Translations under genes and position numbers: made by a program
In this document: positions 22,148-34,259 of the stretch, piece by piece
How positions within the stretch are numbered: position 1 is the stretch's first letter
Layout of the letters: each line of letters opens with the position of its first letter
From: Lepidodermella squamata
Lineage: Eukaryota > Animalia > Gastrotricha
Direction of reading: 5' to 3'
Length of the DNA stretch: 64,000 nucleotides
NCBI GenBank assembly: GCA_047495785.1
Contig: JBLDXI010000048.1
Coordinates: 744,001-808,000 of the forward strand
Notes under the pieces: model-generated
Databases searched by the model: none
The model's input: the letters and a program-made list of their open reading frames with translations, nothing else
Told to the model about the DNA's origin: nothing

Positions 22148-23257
22148 AAGGTCGCTGTTGCCTTCCTTTTCATCGCTGTCATTGGGGGTTATTTTCGAAG
22201 CTGTCTTTAAGATAAAGTCGACTCTATCGATAAACTCGGCTTTATCTCCTAAAGTCGACTTTAGCTAAAGTTAGCTGATCTCAGCTGGTTTATATATGAT
22301 AGACATGGAGCTTTATCCACAGCGTGATTTTCGAACATAAAGCTGACTTTATTTATAAAAGGTCGTATTTATCCTGCATATAGATATGTACTAGAGCCGA
22401 TAAAGACGACCATCCTCGTCTTTATCGCCTTAAAGTCGGTTTTATCGGCATATTTCTGTCCCCATACGAATGATTTGACCCTAAAAGCTCTTGTTCGACG
22501 TCGTTTTTTTTATGATTTATCACAACAAAAATGCTGACAAAAAGTAGGTCACGGCTAATGATGAGCGATTTATGATACCGTCATTCATTTATTTCTACGA
22601 AATAGCATGGCAAATATGGCTTTACGCAATAAAGTCGACTTCAGCAAAAGACGGCTTCGAAAATGCTCCCTCTTAAAGCTGACTTTAAAAATAATGTCGG
22701 CTTTATCGTCTGCAGATAAAGCCGACTTTTTGGGATGAAGTCGACTTTATCGATAAAGACAGCTTCGAAAATAACCCCCATTGAACTCGCTGCTTCACTT
22801 TCAGCTGAGGAGTGAAGAAGAAGGGTATAAGTTCAGAGCCATTCCACTTATAGAACGTGAACGCTATGCGCTATGTTCTACAGTCGCTGACGACGCGTTC
22901 ATGGTAAAATTCGGACGCTTCGCTTCCTTCAGCTGCCCAACCTTCAAGCAAAGTACTACGCCGACTATTGCAGTCTGCGGGAGAGCGTGTGTGGCCGCCA
23001 GCGACTGCCGCTCGTTCCGATATTACGAAAGAAACTGCTTTCTGTCGACCGCAGCTGACTGCAAGAGCAGGGTGAAAGCTGGCACTAAGGGCTATGAAGG
23101 TCGCACCTACTGGAAACATTCTTTTCCATTCATTTCAATGATCTTAATATAGACCATAGATCGAATTTTCGAATTCGATGCACTGGGCTGTGTTTGGCAT
23201 GTGGACAGTTTTGGTCTGTCCAGCATTATGCTTCCTGAAAGCACTATTGCGTACTAA
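22148..23257 (+). pseudogene. Secreted PAN/Apple-domain gene disrupted by a MITE
   Basis: Signal-peptide exon KVAVAFLFIAVI|ELAASL is split by the MITE, has no ATG and has an in-frame TGA. Exon 2 has PAN spacing CGRACVAASDCRSFRY..NCFL. Confidence 0.75.
22184..22779. mobile_element. PIF/Harbinger-like MITE
   Basis: TIR GGGGGTTATTTTCGAAGCTGTCTTTA... 3-bp TSD ATT (22181-83, 22780-82), confirmed by empty sites GTCATTGAACTC/GCCATTGAACTC in paralogs at ~52307 and ~53565. Internal AAAGTCGACTTT palindromes. Confidence 0.9.
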
Positions 23258-23622
23258 CATAAAGTCTAGTGGAACTGCAATTTTATATAGCAGCTGCTTC
23301 CACACTCTCACTCGCCGTGGCAGATGACACGATCAACAGGCGCCGATAAACTAGGCTCGAAATCAAGTGTGAGACGATGCTAGTCTCGATTTAGTTTATT
23401 TCGGCAGTAATCAAGGAGTTTTCAGAAGCTAGCTAATATCCGCCATGTTATTCCATAAGTCCCACTCCAAGTAAATACCGTTGGTTAATGCAATAGACTG
23501 TCCTCATAAATTACTAAATTCGGGGCTGAAAGTACCCAATCCTCGCTTAGACATTACTCAGCTTACACAATAGAAAAATGTTTATCGATTGCAGATGAAC
23601 AGTATGAAGCTTCTGAGATGGT

Positions 23623-24573
23623 CTAACAGCTACCCGACTCGATGAACGGAAAATCCGGGTGCTTATTCATCTCGCCAAGATTCATTCCAACGCAACGCTC
23701 ATTTTCGTCCATGGTCTTAATCTTAGCCATGTCTTCGGCGCTCAGCTCAAAGTCCCAAATGTTGAAATTGTCGACAACACGTGCCGGAGTCGTGCTTTTC
23801 GGGATGACGACGACGCCGAGCTGAACGAACCAACGTAGGATGACATGATTCGGCTTTTTACCATACTTGGCTCCGATCTCGGTCAGAATCGGGTTGTTGA
23901 ACACATCGAGCTGTTTACGAGGCATGTAGTTGAACCCAGGATTGCCAAAAGGTGAATAAGCGGTGAAAGCTATGTCATGCTTCTCGCAAACGGCCCGAAG
24001 TTTGTCCTGTTGGAAAAACACGTGCATTTCACACTGGTTCATCGCCGGCTTGATCTTCGCAGCTTTGACCAATCGCTCAACTTGGGAGATGTTAAAGTTC
24101 GAAATGCCAATTGAACGCAACAGGCCGAGACCGACAGCTTCCTCCAATTTAGCCCACGGAGCTTCAAAAGTCAATTCAGCGTCAATCTCGAAGTTCAAAC
24201 CGTCCATCTTCTTCAGAGGAACAGGCAAATGCAACAGGTAAAGATCGATGTAGTTGGTTTTGAGAAGGGCGAGTTGTTCTTTTATTTGGTCCAGAACTAA
24301 TTCGGGACGGAAGTGAGTTGCCCACAGCTTGGTGACAATGTACATGTCCTCTCGCTTGACCACACCTTCTTTGTAGAGCTCCTCGAGAGTTTCACCAATC
24401 ACACCTTCGTTTTGATAGTATTGCGCCGTATCAATATGGCGGTAGCCAGCTTTGACAGCCGCCTTAAGGGCAACCTTCAGTTCTTCAGCATTGGAAGCCA
24501 TGAAGGTTCCATAACCAACTAGCGGGCAGTTGTAGCCAGAGTTTAGTTTTTTGGTACAGCTAGCGTTAGCCAT
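23623..24573 (-). CDS. Aldo-keto reductase, intronless CDS, 316 aa
   Basis: Full motifs; ends SGSC*. Confidence 0.96.
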   Translation of the reverse strand: MANASCTKKLNSGYNCPLVGYGTFMASNAEELKVALKAAVKAGYRHIDTAQYYQNEGVIGETLEELYKEGVVKREDMYIVTKLWATHFRPELVLDQIKEQLALLKTNYIDLYLLHLPVPLKKMDGLNFEIDAELTFEAPWAKLEEAVGLGLLRSIGISNFNISQVERLVKAAKIKPAMNQCEMHVFFQQDKLRAVCEKHDIAFTAYSPFGNPGFNYMPRKQLDVFNNPILTEIGAKYGKKPNHVILRWFVQLGVVVIPKSTTPARVVDNFNIWDFELSAEDMAKIKTMDENERCVGMNLGEMNKHPDFPFIESGSC

Positions 24574-25380
24574 GCTAATTCAATTAATTTTTAGATTAGA
24601 ACTAGTCCGGAGATGAAACCAGATAAATGACAAAAACACCCTGTCCTTTTATCAACTTAAGATAAGCCTCATGCGAGAGAGATATTGTTATAATTTAAGA
24701 AATTGATGAAAACATTCCAACCTATCTGCAGAACATTCGGGATGGTGGGGTATGTAAGACAAAAGAAAAGAATGCAAATAAAGAATATTGCGCTTCACAC
24801 TATTTATACAGTGTCGACAGAATATGAGCGCTAATACGGGGAAAGTGTTCAAGCATATTGTATTGTATTAATATTACATGTAATATGCCTATTGAATATT
24901 CACGCATATTTACGTTAGCAGGTAAAAAATGTCACGTGAATATTCCCAGTAAGGAATTGTAGAGGCAAAGCGTAGGTTTTGACCAGGGCTTCCTTTTCGG
25001 ATGCTTTCCATTCGCATACTGCTGTACGCAAAAAATACCTGCGAAGAGTATATTGTGAAATGCATCACGGACTAAACGTGAGCTTTACAGTATTTGAAGA
25101 AAATCAATTTCTGTGGTTTAATACAGTCCTGATGCAAATGAACAACACGGCGGGAGTGCTTATCTATATATTAATCGTGCTAATCACGTTCACCGCATAC
25201 GCAATGAAAATTGAGGATCCTAACTTATCATCCCAGAGGTAACGTTCCAAATTACGTGGGCTCGCACCATAATTGGACTACAATTCGCTGAAACAAATTG
25301 TTAATAAATAGTCACGATTTACGATTTATTTGTATCATGAGAGTGATCTTGATTAAAAACCGATGTAAATTAGAATATTT

Positions 25381-26387
25381 TCAGCAACTTCCTTTTTCTA
25401 AAAAAGGATAGTTGGGATGAGCCCTCATTGCTGGTACCAGGTCGAAGCTCAACAATCGTTCATTTTCATCCATAGACTTGATCCGTTCCATGTCTTCCTT
25501 CGTCAGTTCGAAGTCCCAAATGTTGAAATTCTCCTCAACTCTAGCTGGCGTGACACTCTTTGGCATCGTGAAAACTCCCAATTGAATCAGCCACCTCAAC
25601 GCTACATGGCCTGGTTTTTTGCCATATTTCGACCCGATTTCAGCCAAAATCGGATTCTCTAAAATGTTGACTCGTTTAATAGGGATTGCGTCGAAGCCAG
25701 GGCTGCCAAACGGGGAATAGGCTGTGAAATCAATGCCGTGATTCTGGCAGAATTCCAAGAGTTTCCGTTGCTGAAAAAACACGTGCATTTCACACTGATT
25801 CATAGCCGGTTTGATTTTAGCGGATTTCAGCAATTTTTCAAGTTGCGGGATGTTGAAGTTGGAAACGCCAATCGAGCGTATCAGACCGAGACCAACGACT
25901 TCTTCTAACTTGGCCCAAGTTTCTTCTAAAGTGAAACTATCGTCGACCTCAGCACTCTGGAAGGTAGGGTCGATTGACTTGAATGGCATTGGCCAATGAA
26001 TGAGTTCCAAGTCGAGATAACTTATTCTCAACCTTGCCAGCTGCTCTTTAATCTGCGGTAATATTCGACCTCTTATCAAGTTTCATGGTTATTACTTGTA
26101 AAACTCACCTTTTCAATGATAATCTCGGGTTTAAGATTAGTTATCCATAGCTTCGAGGTGATGAAAATGTCTTCGCGTTTTATGGAACCTTCGGCGAAGA
26201 GCTCCTCCAATGTTTCGCCAATTATCGTTTCATTTCTGTAAAGTTCGGCTGTATCAACCAGGCGATACCCGGCTTTAACAGCGGCTTTGATGGCAGCCTT
26301 CAATGGCACTGGATCTCTGGCTGCACCGGTTCCTATGCCAAGCATAGGGCATTCATAGCCAGAGTTCAATTTCTTCTTCATAGACAT
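25381..26387 (-). CDS. Aldo-keto reductase, 2 exons (26387-26109, 26052-25381)
   Basis: Same phase-0 intron as 2237 and 13837; LDLELIHWP; ends KGSC*. Confidence 0.95.
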
Positions 26388-26473
26388 GGACTATATGCGT
26401 TCTAGGTGGAGAGAAATTGGTAAAGGACAAATTGTAGGGCTGAGCCGCAAATCAAAATAAACTCGCCAGCATA

Positions 26474-27239
26474 CCGTAACGTGTGGTGATTGTGGACACG
26501 GTAACTTTGGACACTTTCGACTTTGCAGGTCTGTAGCTTTTCAGGGTTGACGTTTTAATCATGGGGGTTTTTGCATAAAATTCTCCGTCTCTTTAGCTTT
26601 CTTTTGAAAAAAAAATCAATACGATTGGAGCTGAAATCGGATTTCAGAAAAAGTTGCAAGCAGTTAGACTTTGGGTGCCGTTTTGGGACCCCCCTTCTAT
26701 CTTTCTAATAATCGATCAGTTTTCAATAAACGTTGGCATGGTTACTCTCCTATCTTTACTCTCCCTATAATCGAAGAAAAAATGGCAATCCGTCGACGCG
26801 TTTTAGCAGGGCATTTACCTGAAAAACAGGTGAAAATTGGGGTAATTTTGGACACTTTTGGACGGTTTAAGTATGCGGCTGCACAGAAACGTATTTTTTT
26901 GAATTTCCGAGAAACAGAGGATGCGCCATCTGTTCATAATTTTTTTCGAAATCTGACCCAAGATTAAATGAAAAACCATGAAAAACAGATAATTCACAAT
27001 GAAATTGCAATGAAATTGCATATGCAAATGAGTGTCCAAAACTACCCTCTAATTGTCCAAAGTTACCGGAACACATTTCAATTTGCCAAAAGCCAGGTAA
27101 AATTCTAAAAATTCTGAATTTTCAGTAAATTCAAGAATCACCGTCCCCACCTTTGGTGAAAGTTTCAGACATTTAGGAGCAAAGGCTGATTTTTAATGTT
27201 CGAAAAACACGTTTTGTCCAAAGTTACCACACGTTACGG
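26474..27239. mobile_element. Tc1/mariner-pogo-type non-autonomous element
   Basis: TIR CCGTAACGTGTGGT.. / ..ACCACACGTTACGG, TA on both sides, internal GGTAA(C/T)TTTGGACA repeats in both orientations. Confidence 0.9.
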
Positions 27240-27771
27240 TACCTATTTAATTTCTTACAAGGATCAAAAAATGTCTGCTTTCTATCAGAAGAAAACAGAA
27301 TTATAAATGTATATATTATTCACACACAGCATGCATAAAAAAATGCAATGTTTTCAGCTCAGTCCTCAATGACGTGTGCCGTTGGCTATAAAGATTTATT
27401 AAAGTGACCTACTTTTAAAACAAAAAAACATGTTCTCATCCAAAGAGCATTTCAGCACTAATTAATGAATAATTTATAGAAAATATGTCGTTGAGGCTTG
27501 AGTGTTAAACATTCGATATTTGATATCGCAGTCACGAGTCATGATGATCAATAGAATTTAAAATTATTCACAGTAATATGACATGATGTAGCAAAGAAAA
27601 AAATCAGAATACAAACACAAAACAATCACTACAAAATCCAAAATCAATTTTGAGACAGCAATAATTGAAGTGATGCCTTTAATAGCGATTAATAGCGATT
27701 AATGAGGTTCGATGAGTTCTAGATTAACAGAAATGCGTTTTGGTTTTGCCATGACAGTTCCATTCTTCATG

Positions 27772-28831
27772 TCAGCAGCTTCCTTTTTCCAATATAGGAT
27801 AATTGGGATGAGCCTTTATGGCAGGAATCGGGTCGAAGGTCAGCAAACGCTCATTTTCCTCCATAGATTCGATCACAGCCATATCTTCGTCAGCCAACTC
27901 AAAGTCCCAGATGTTGAAATTCTCCTCAACTCTAGCAGGGGTGACGCTCTTAGGAATCGTGAAAACACCCATTTGAATAAGCCATCGTAGAGCAACTTGA
28001 CTCGGCTTCTTGCCATATTTGGACCCGATTTCAGCTAAAACCGGACTTCCAACTATGTCGACGCGTCTGACTGGGAACATGTCGAAACCAGGGTTCCCTA
28101 GTGGAGTGTAAGCCGTGAAGTCAATGCCGTGCTCTCGGCAGAAGGGCAGAAGTTTCCGCTGCTGGAAAAACACGTGCATTTCACTCTGGTTCACAGCCGG
28201 CTTGATTTTAGCAACTTTCAGTAATTGCTCCATCTGCGGAATGTTGTAATTCGAAACGCCAATCGAGCGTACCAGACCGATATTGACTGCTGCCTCCAAT
28301 TTGGTCCAAGTCTCGTCTAGTGTGAAGCTATCATCGACTTCAGCACTCTGAAAGGTAGGATCGATCGATTTGAAGGGCATTGGCCAATGAATCAATTCCA
28401 AGTCGAGATAACTTGTCCTGAGCCTTTGCAATTGCTCTTTGATCTGTTGAAAGAAAAGCTTTTGTTAGCACTAAATTACCAAAATCCAGCTGGAAGGCAG
28501 AAACATGTATACATTGCTAGCCTTTCCCTGAGTGAAAGTGAAAAGTACTCACTTGTTGGATGACCCTGTCTGGGTGGAGATTGGTCATCCACAGTTTTGA
28601 AGTGATAAATATATCCTCGCGTTTAACTATGCCTTCTTCGTAAAGTTCCTCAAGTGTTTCGCCAATCACAGCTTCATTTCCGTATATCTCAGCGGTATCA
28701 ATGAGGCGATATCCAGCCTTAATGGCAGTTCCAAGGGCGATCTTCAATTTTACCGGATCCTTAGCTTCGCCTGTTCCCAAGCCAAGCATTGGACAGTCAT
28801 AGCCTGAGTTAAGCTTCTTCTGGACAGCCAT
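27772..28831 (-). CDS. Aldo-keto reductase, 2 exons (28831-28553, 28443-27772)
   Basis: Same intron position; tetrad intact; ends KGSC*. Confidence 0.95.
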
Positions 28832-29090
28832 TCAGGAGAAATAAAATAAAACTCAGCAATGAAACTTCTAACAAAACTATATTCCTGGCTTCTATCATTT
28901 CTAAACGTTGCAGATCATGGCGTCTTGATTAGCTGAATAATCGATATTGCGTTTCAATGCTTCGAGCTACAGCAGGCCTATTAATAACACTTGGAACGTG
29001 AAAAAGATTTGAAATAAGATACTTTACTCTCAAAATCAATTATTAAGGTTCTGCGTGTCTCTGTTGTAGATGGGCACGAATTGTGAGGAT

Positions 29091-30576
29091 TCACAGAGTC
29101 TTCGGTCGAGGCATCACCAGAAACATGAATGCTGGAGTAAGAATAATTGCCATCAGGTAAATCGCAGCACTGATTCGATCGACGAATCTAGCAAGACCGC
29201 GCCACTGCTTTTTGTTTCTTGCCCTGATGAAGTCTTTCGAATGAAAATCGTCCTCTAAGTCTCCAATAACGCGGAGCTTATATGCTACGGTAATCAGCAA
29301 TGGTGGCGGGGGATACCTCCCTTTTTTGTTAGCCATAACAACAACAAAAGCTTGGCTCACTAGGGCGATGAGACCGATGTAAGACATCTAGAACAAAAAA
29401 GTTAGAAAGCCCGTGAAAATACTTGAACAAACCATTAGGATGATGTAAAGCGATAGCAGTGGAATTCCATCGCTGGACCTTTTGAACAGTCGGTAAAACA
29501 CTGAATATTCAAGGTGGAATTCTTACTTGGGTAATTCTTCTGAAGTCATATTCTAAAAATTCAAATTCGGAAAATGATTCAAGAAAAAATAACAGCACTG
29601 TCTCACCAAAAACACAGAATAGGCCAATAAGCACGTGAAGGATATCTCAACTTTGGGAACCTCAGTAATCTACATAATATTTCGAAACATTTATCGAAAA
29701 CGCCGAGAGCATCAAACTTACAGGTATTAGGAATACCACTAGCTCAACGATTGCGATCAGCAAGCTTGGAATAATGATGTTGACAAAGTAGTAAAGGGAT
29801 CGCCTCTTTAACAACATTCTGTACTGTATTATCTGAATACCTTCCGGCGTAGCTGTCATATCGGTTTTCGCATCTAGGAATGTCCATTCGCCGTTCTCCG
29901 ACCACATTTCCAAATCTCGCGTTAATGGCTGCTCTGCTAGACGCAGTTCTTGCTCCGTTTTAAGCAAGAACCAAGGCGAGACAAATATAGAACACATTTG
30001 GTAATCGAAAGGGTAATAGGTTAGATCCAAGGGGCAAGCTATCGATAACTCGCCCTGGGGGCAGTAATACGTCACTCCAGTATTGGAAACCAATACTTTT
30101 TGATCCCTCTCCAAATCCACATAATTCCTGCAAATGCAGAAGTCAAGAATTGGCACAGCACTATAGAAAGAGCTTTACGCTGTTCGTATGAACAAATCAG
30201 GCGTCCAGACGGCGTCGTTCGGAACTAGAACATTTTGGACACAGCTAAGCTTTTCGGATCGGTTCCAAGCCAAAAACTCGTCTTGCCAATGCTTAAAAAA
30301 TGCAAGGATATTCATGAGCCTTGAACAGTTCGGAAAATTTACAAGAGTGAAATAGACCTCGACAGTCAGAGTGTTCAGCTGCGCTATGAACTCTTTTATC
30401 CTCAGCAGACTGAGCGAAATATTGACCTCAACAGCATCTGATGACTTGACTCGCGGTCTTGACGTCGAAGAGTAATTCTCAAAAATCATTCTCGTAACTT
30501 CAGATTCCGAAACACTGCATGCCTGTGCCGATTCCAAGGCTGCGAAAATGATCAAAAATGAGCTGATATCGACCAT
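29091..30576 (-). CDS. Divergent Cys-loop channel subunit 2 (7 exons)
   Basis: CPLDLTYYPFDYQMC; M2 EVPKVEISFTCLLAYSVFL; same exon structure as 15359-16860. Confidence 0.92.
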
Positions 30577-31113
30577 GAATTTTCGTGCTTAGACGCGGGT
30601 TAGCTGTGAAAAAATGCCGACTGCATGAATGGAGCTTTCGTTAATTCAATCGGCAACACGGGAACAAATGAGCCAAAAACAAATAAAATCATCTGATCCC
30701 ACAGCGGTATTACATTTATTTATAATCAAGCCTTCGTCCAAATCGAGAAACGAAGCATGGCTCATCATAAATGCCATAAATGACAGTCAATTGTTCTAAT
30801 CGATAGATAACGCTGATGATTTTTAGCTTTTCACCTGGGATCGACTTGACGTGATTTACTGTTGATTTACTGGCCTCGTGACCGAAAGCTCGCGGTGAAC
30901 CATTTCGCAACACATAAAAGTACAACACTGACAAGTACATCTTTTTATCAATAAATAACAGAGAATGTCAAGTGCAGCTAACTAGTATAATATACCGTAA
31001 TATATATTACAATATTACATCAGTTTTAAAGATGAAAAAGTTCAACTCGCCACAAACGAGGGAAATGTCATTTCTCGAACGGCAGTTAAAGCTGAGTTCC
31101 CCGTCGATCGACC

Positions 31114-32061
31114 CTAGCAACTTCCCTTCACCGTGAACGGCCAATCGGGGTGCTGACTTAAGCCAGGAATTTCAAAACCGACACATCGCTCATCTTCGTC
31201 CATTGTCTTGATCTTAGCCATATCTTCAGCGCTCAGCTCAAAGTCCCAAATGTCGAAATTGTCGACAACACGTGCCGGAGTCGTGCTTTTTGGGATGACA
31301 TAGATTCCTTGCTGGAAAAACCAACGAATGATGACATGATTCGGTTTCTTGCCGTACTTCGCTCCGATCTCGGTCAGAATCGGGTTGTTGAACACGTCGA
31401 GCTGCTTACGTGGCATAGCCTTGAATCCAGGGTTACCAAAAGGTGAATAAGCCGTGAAGCCGATGTCATGCTTCTCGCAAACGGCTCGAAGCTTGTGTTG
31501 TTGGAAAAACACGTGCATTTCACACTGATTCATAGCCGGCTTGATCTTCGCGTTTTTGACCAGTCGCTCGACTTGAGGGATGTTGAAGTTCGAAATGCCA
31601 ATTGATCGCAAGAGACCGAGACCAACAGCTTCCTCCAATTTAGCCCAGGTCGCATCGAAGGTGAAGTCAGTCTCAAGCACAATGTTGAATTGGGCGTCCA
31701 TGCTGCGAAGGGGAACAGGGAAGTGAAGCAGATACAAGTCGATGTAGCTAGTCTTCAGATTCTCGAGCTGTTTCTTGATAACATCAAGTACCCCGGCTGG
31801 GTTGAAGCTTGTAGCCCACAACTTGGTGACGATGAACATGTCCTCACGCTTGACGACTCCTTCCTTGTAGAGTTGCTCGAGAGTTTCGCCAATAACCGCT
31901 TCATTGCCGTAGAGCTGGGCGGTATCAATGTGGCGGTAGCCGGCTTTGACAGCTGCAATTAGGGCGACTTTCAACTCGTCAGGATTCGAGGCCATGTAAG
32001 TACCGTAGCCGACCAGTGGGCATTCGTAGCCTGTATTCAGCTTCTTGTTACGGTTAGCCAT
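31114..32061 (-). CDS. Aldo-keto reductase, intronless CDS (start MANRNKKLN)
   Basis: Full motifs; ends KGSC*. Confidence 0.96.
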   Translation of the reverse strand: MANRNKKLNTGYECPLVGYGTYMASNPDELKVALIAAVKAGYRHIDTAQLYGNEAVIGETLEQLYKEGVVKREDMFIVTKLWATSFNPAGVLDVIKKQLENLKTSYIDLYLLHFPVPLRSMDAQFNIVLETDFTFDATWAKLEEAVGLGLLRSIGISNFNIPQVERLVKNAKIKPAMNQCEMHVFFQQHKLRAVCEKHDIGFTAYSPFGNPGFKAMPRKQLDVFNNPILTEIGAKYGKKPNHVIIRWFFQQGIYVIPKSTTPARVVDNFDIWDFELSAEDMAKIKTMDEDERCVGFEIPGLSQHPDWPFTVKGSC

Positions 32062-32934
32062 TGCACGACGGGATTCTTTCAAAGCAAATTAATAGAAACG
32101 CTAGAGCAAGAAGAGAATATTAATAAAACCCGCGTTGCATTATTAAGGAATCAATATCTACAGAATATGTGTATGCTAATCAATATTAAAAAAACCTTGT
32201 GTAAAAAACGTTCCTATACTGAGTACTGAGCTCTATATGAGCGTGGCTGAGCCCGTATAAAAAGTGTTGTACACCGACGGGTGGCAGAAAAATTGACCTT
32301 TTTACTAGACTGAAAACACACGTGTTTTTTCCATAGAGAGCACATAAATCGTGTGCCGTGTGTCGCGTGGTTGAAGAAGCTTTCAACAACGGAAAAGTGG
32401 GTCAAAATGCTGCTGTCATCATTATTCTATATAGTATTTTTTGTTCTCCGTAATGCGGACAGCGGACAACATGACAATGCACCGGAGACATCCGACGCCC
32501 GGGTAAAGAGAGCAAAATCCACCTCATTGTTAATGGATTAGGATTTTCTTGTCGATTAGCAAAATGTGATAGAATAGCTAGAATTGGTGAGTATGCGTCA
32601 GCTGTATTCTTTTTCGAATGACTGGAAAAGGTGCACCAAAATCTAGCTCGTCCTTAAACCGCTACGAAGGAACAATCGTTGAGTTCGGCGGAGTTCACTG
32701 GCTAATCATATGGCACACCTCCAATCTACTTCGGAACACTAAAATTAATTTACGTGAGCTTAATTCATAGGAAACTATTGTAGTAGCGTTGCAGTAAATT
32801 ACCTATGTTTGTTTACTTCCGTTTTCAGGTGATAGGCGTCAATTAAAAAATCGCTTGAAAAGCTCTCCTTTATATAAAAATTGAATATCTGAACATGAAA
32901 TGGACATAAAAAAGTTCTTATAAAGTTTCAGGTC

Positions 32935-34259
32935 TCATTGCGTTGCATTGAATGTGTTGTTATTCGATGTAGAATCCTGACTTTGGCTAATTTGCATAAC
33001 TTCAGCAACAGCCTTCCTGCTTTTATCATTTGCCGTATAGTCGATCAGAATCAGAAAGTACGTCAACATAGCCGCGAACAGCTCGATAACAGTCCTCCTG
33101 CGCAAATGAGCCATTTCGAAGAGACTCAACGCTACGGGCTCACCATTTAGCTCATTCATCAGCAATGTAAGCTAAAAAAGCGAGTAAAATACAGGTTTTT
33201 CGAATAACTGATCAAGCTAACCTTGATTATAGTCGAATTAGCAGTTGATTGGAAATTCAAACGTTTCAGCTTCTTGGAAACCTCCTCGGCGGAATGTTCG
33301 AGATAGGCAGACGGAAGTAAGGCGGCCAAAAGGCAGCAAGACGAGAAAAAAGTCCAAGTAGCCTCGAAATAAACCATCATCGACCCTTTAGCCTCAATTG
33401 TCTGATGAAGGTGGACTAGCGTTGCTACGAAGCCGAAAGAGCAAAGCGTGACCGTAGCTGGGCCTAACGTTTTGTCCAAACCCTCGGCATCCCTTTTCAA
33501 TAAACGACATTGTTTGGTTATGAAATCTAGCAAAGAGTCTTCTTGGCTAGCTGGAATGTCTGTCTTTGACGTTTCTGAGATCCAATCGGCTAGAAGTCGG
33601 AATTTCCACGCCAAATTGACGGTTAGGCCTCCGCATAGCATCAAACCGTGACAGACAGCTATATCAGACACGAAAGCCATAGCTATGAATCCAACAACTA
33701 AATAATAGTTGGACGCTGTGTCGTTTAGCGGCAACATTCTGTCTAACGGATTAGCCCAGCCGTAAACTTGTTCCCGTTTCACTACCAATGCAGTGCACAG
33801 CAGGGCTGTATTAGTTATGTAGATGGACCATACTCCAGCGAAGCAGACTAGGAACATGATGTTTCGTTTTGCTCGAAATGACGATAGTAATGTTATCCCA
33901 TATTCTTCGCAGGTTCCGCATTCTGAGGCGCGAAGTTGCAGTTTACCTTGTAGCGATCCGCGAACTAGGACGGTTCTAGTCGTAGCACTTGCAACGTAGA
34001 GAGCGCTTAAACTGAACAGGTGCATAATTTTTGAAATTGTCGGATCGTCTGCAATCCAGTAGAAGGAAGCCAATATCCTGAAAGCATTGCACCAGCCAAG
34101 CGCAACCAACAGATAGCAGTAGGCGTGGTAAATTCGGCATGAAGCTTTGTGGTTTAAAGTATAACCATTGTTATCCGTGAGGCCACATGTCAGCATTGAC
34201 CAGTTAGGGGCTAGGCCTACAATTTTCATGCTGTAGTATATAGGCCTAAATGCCAGCAT
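32935..34259 (-). CDS. Gustatory receptor-like (GR/GRL, 7tm_7) protein, 2 exons (34259-33222, 33171-32935)
   Basis: N-terminal P.....K..GL; about 7 hydrophobic segments; late phase-0 intron; C-terminal ..LRRRTVIELFAAMLTYFLILIDY (TYhhhhhQF-type motif). Confidence 0.85.
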
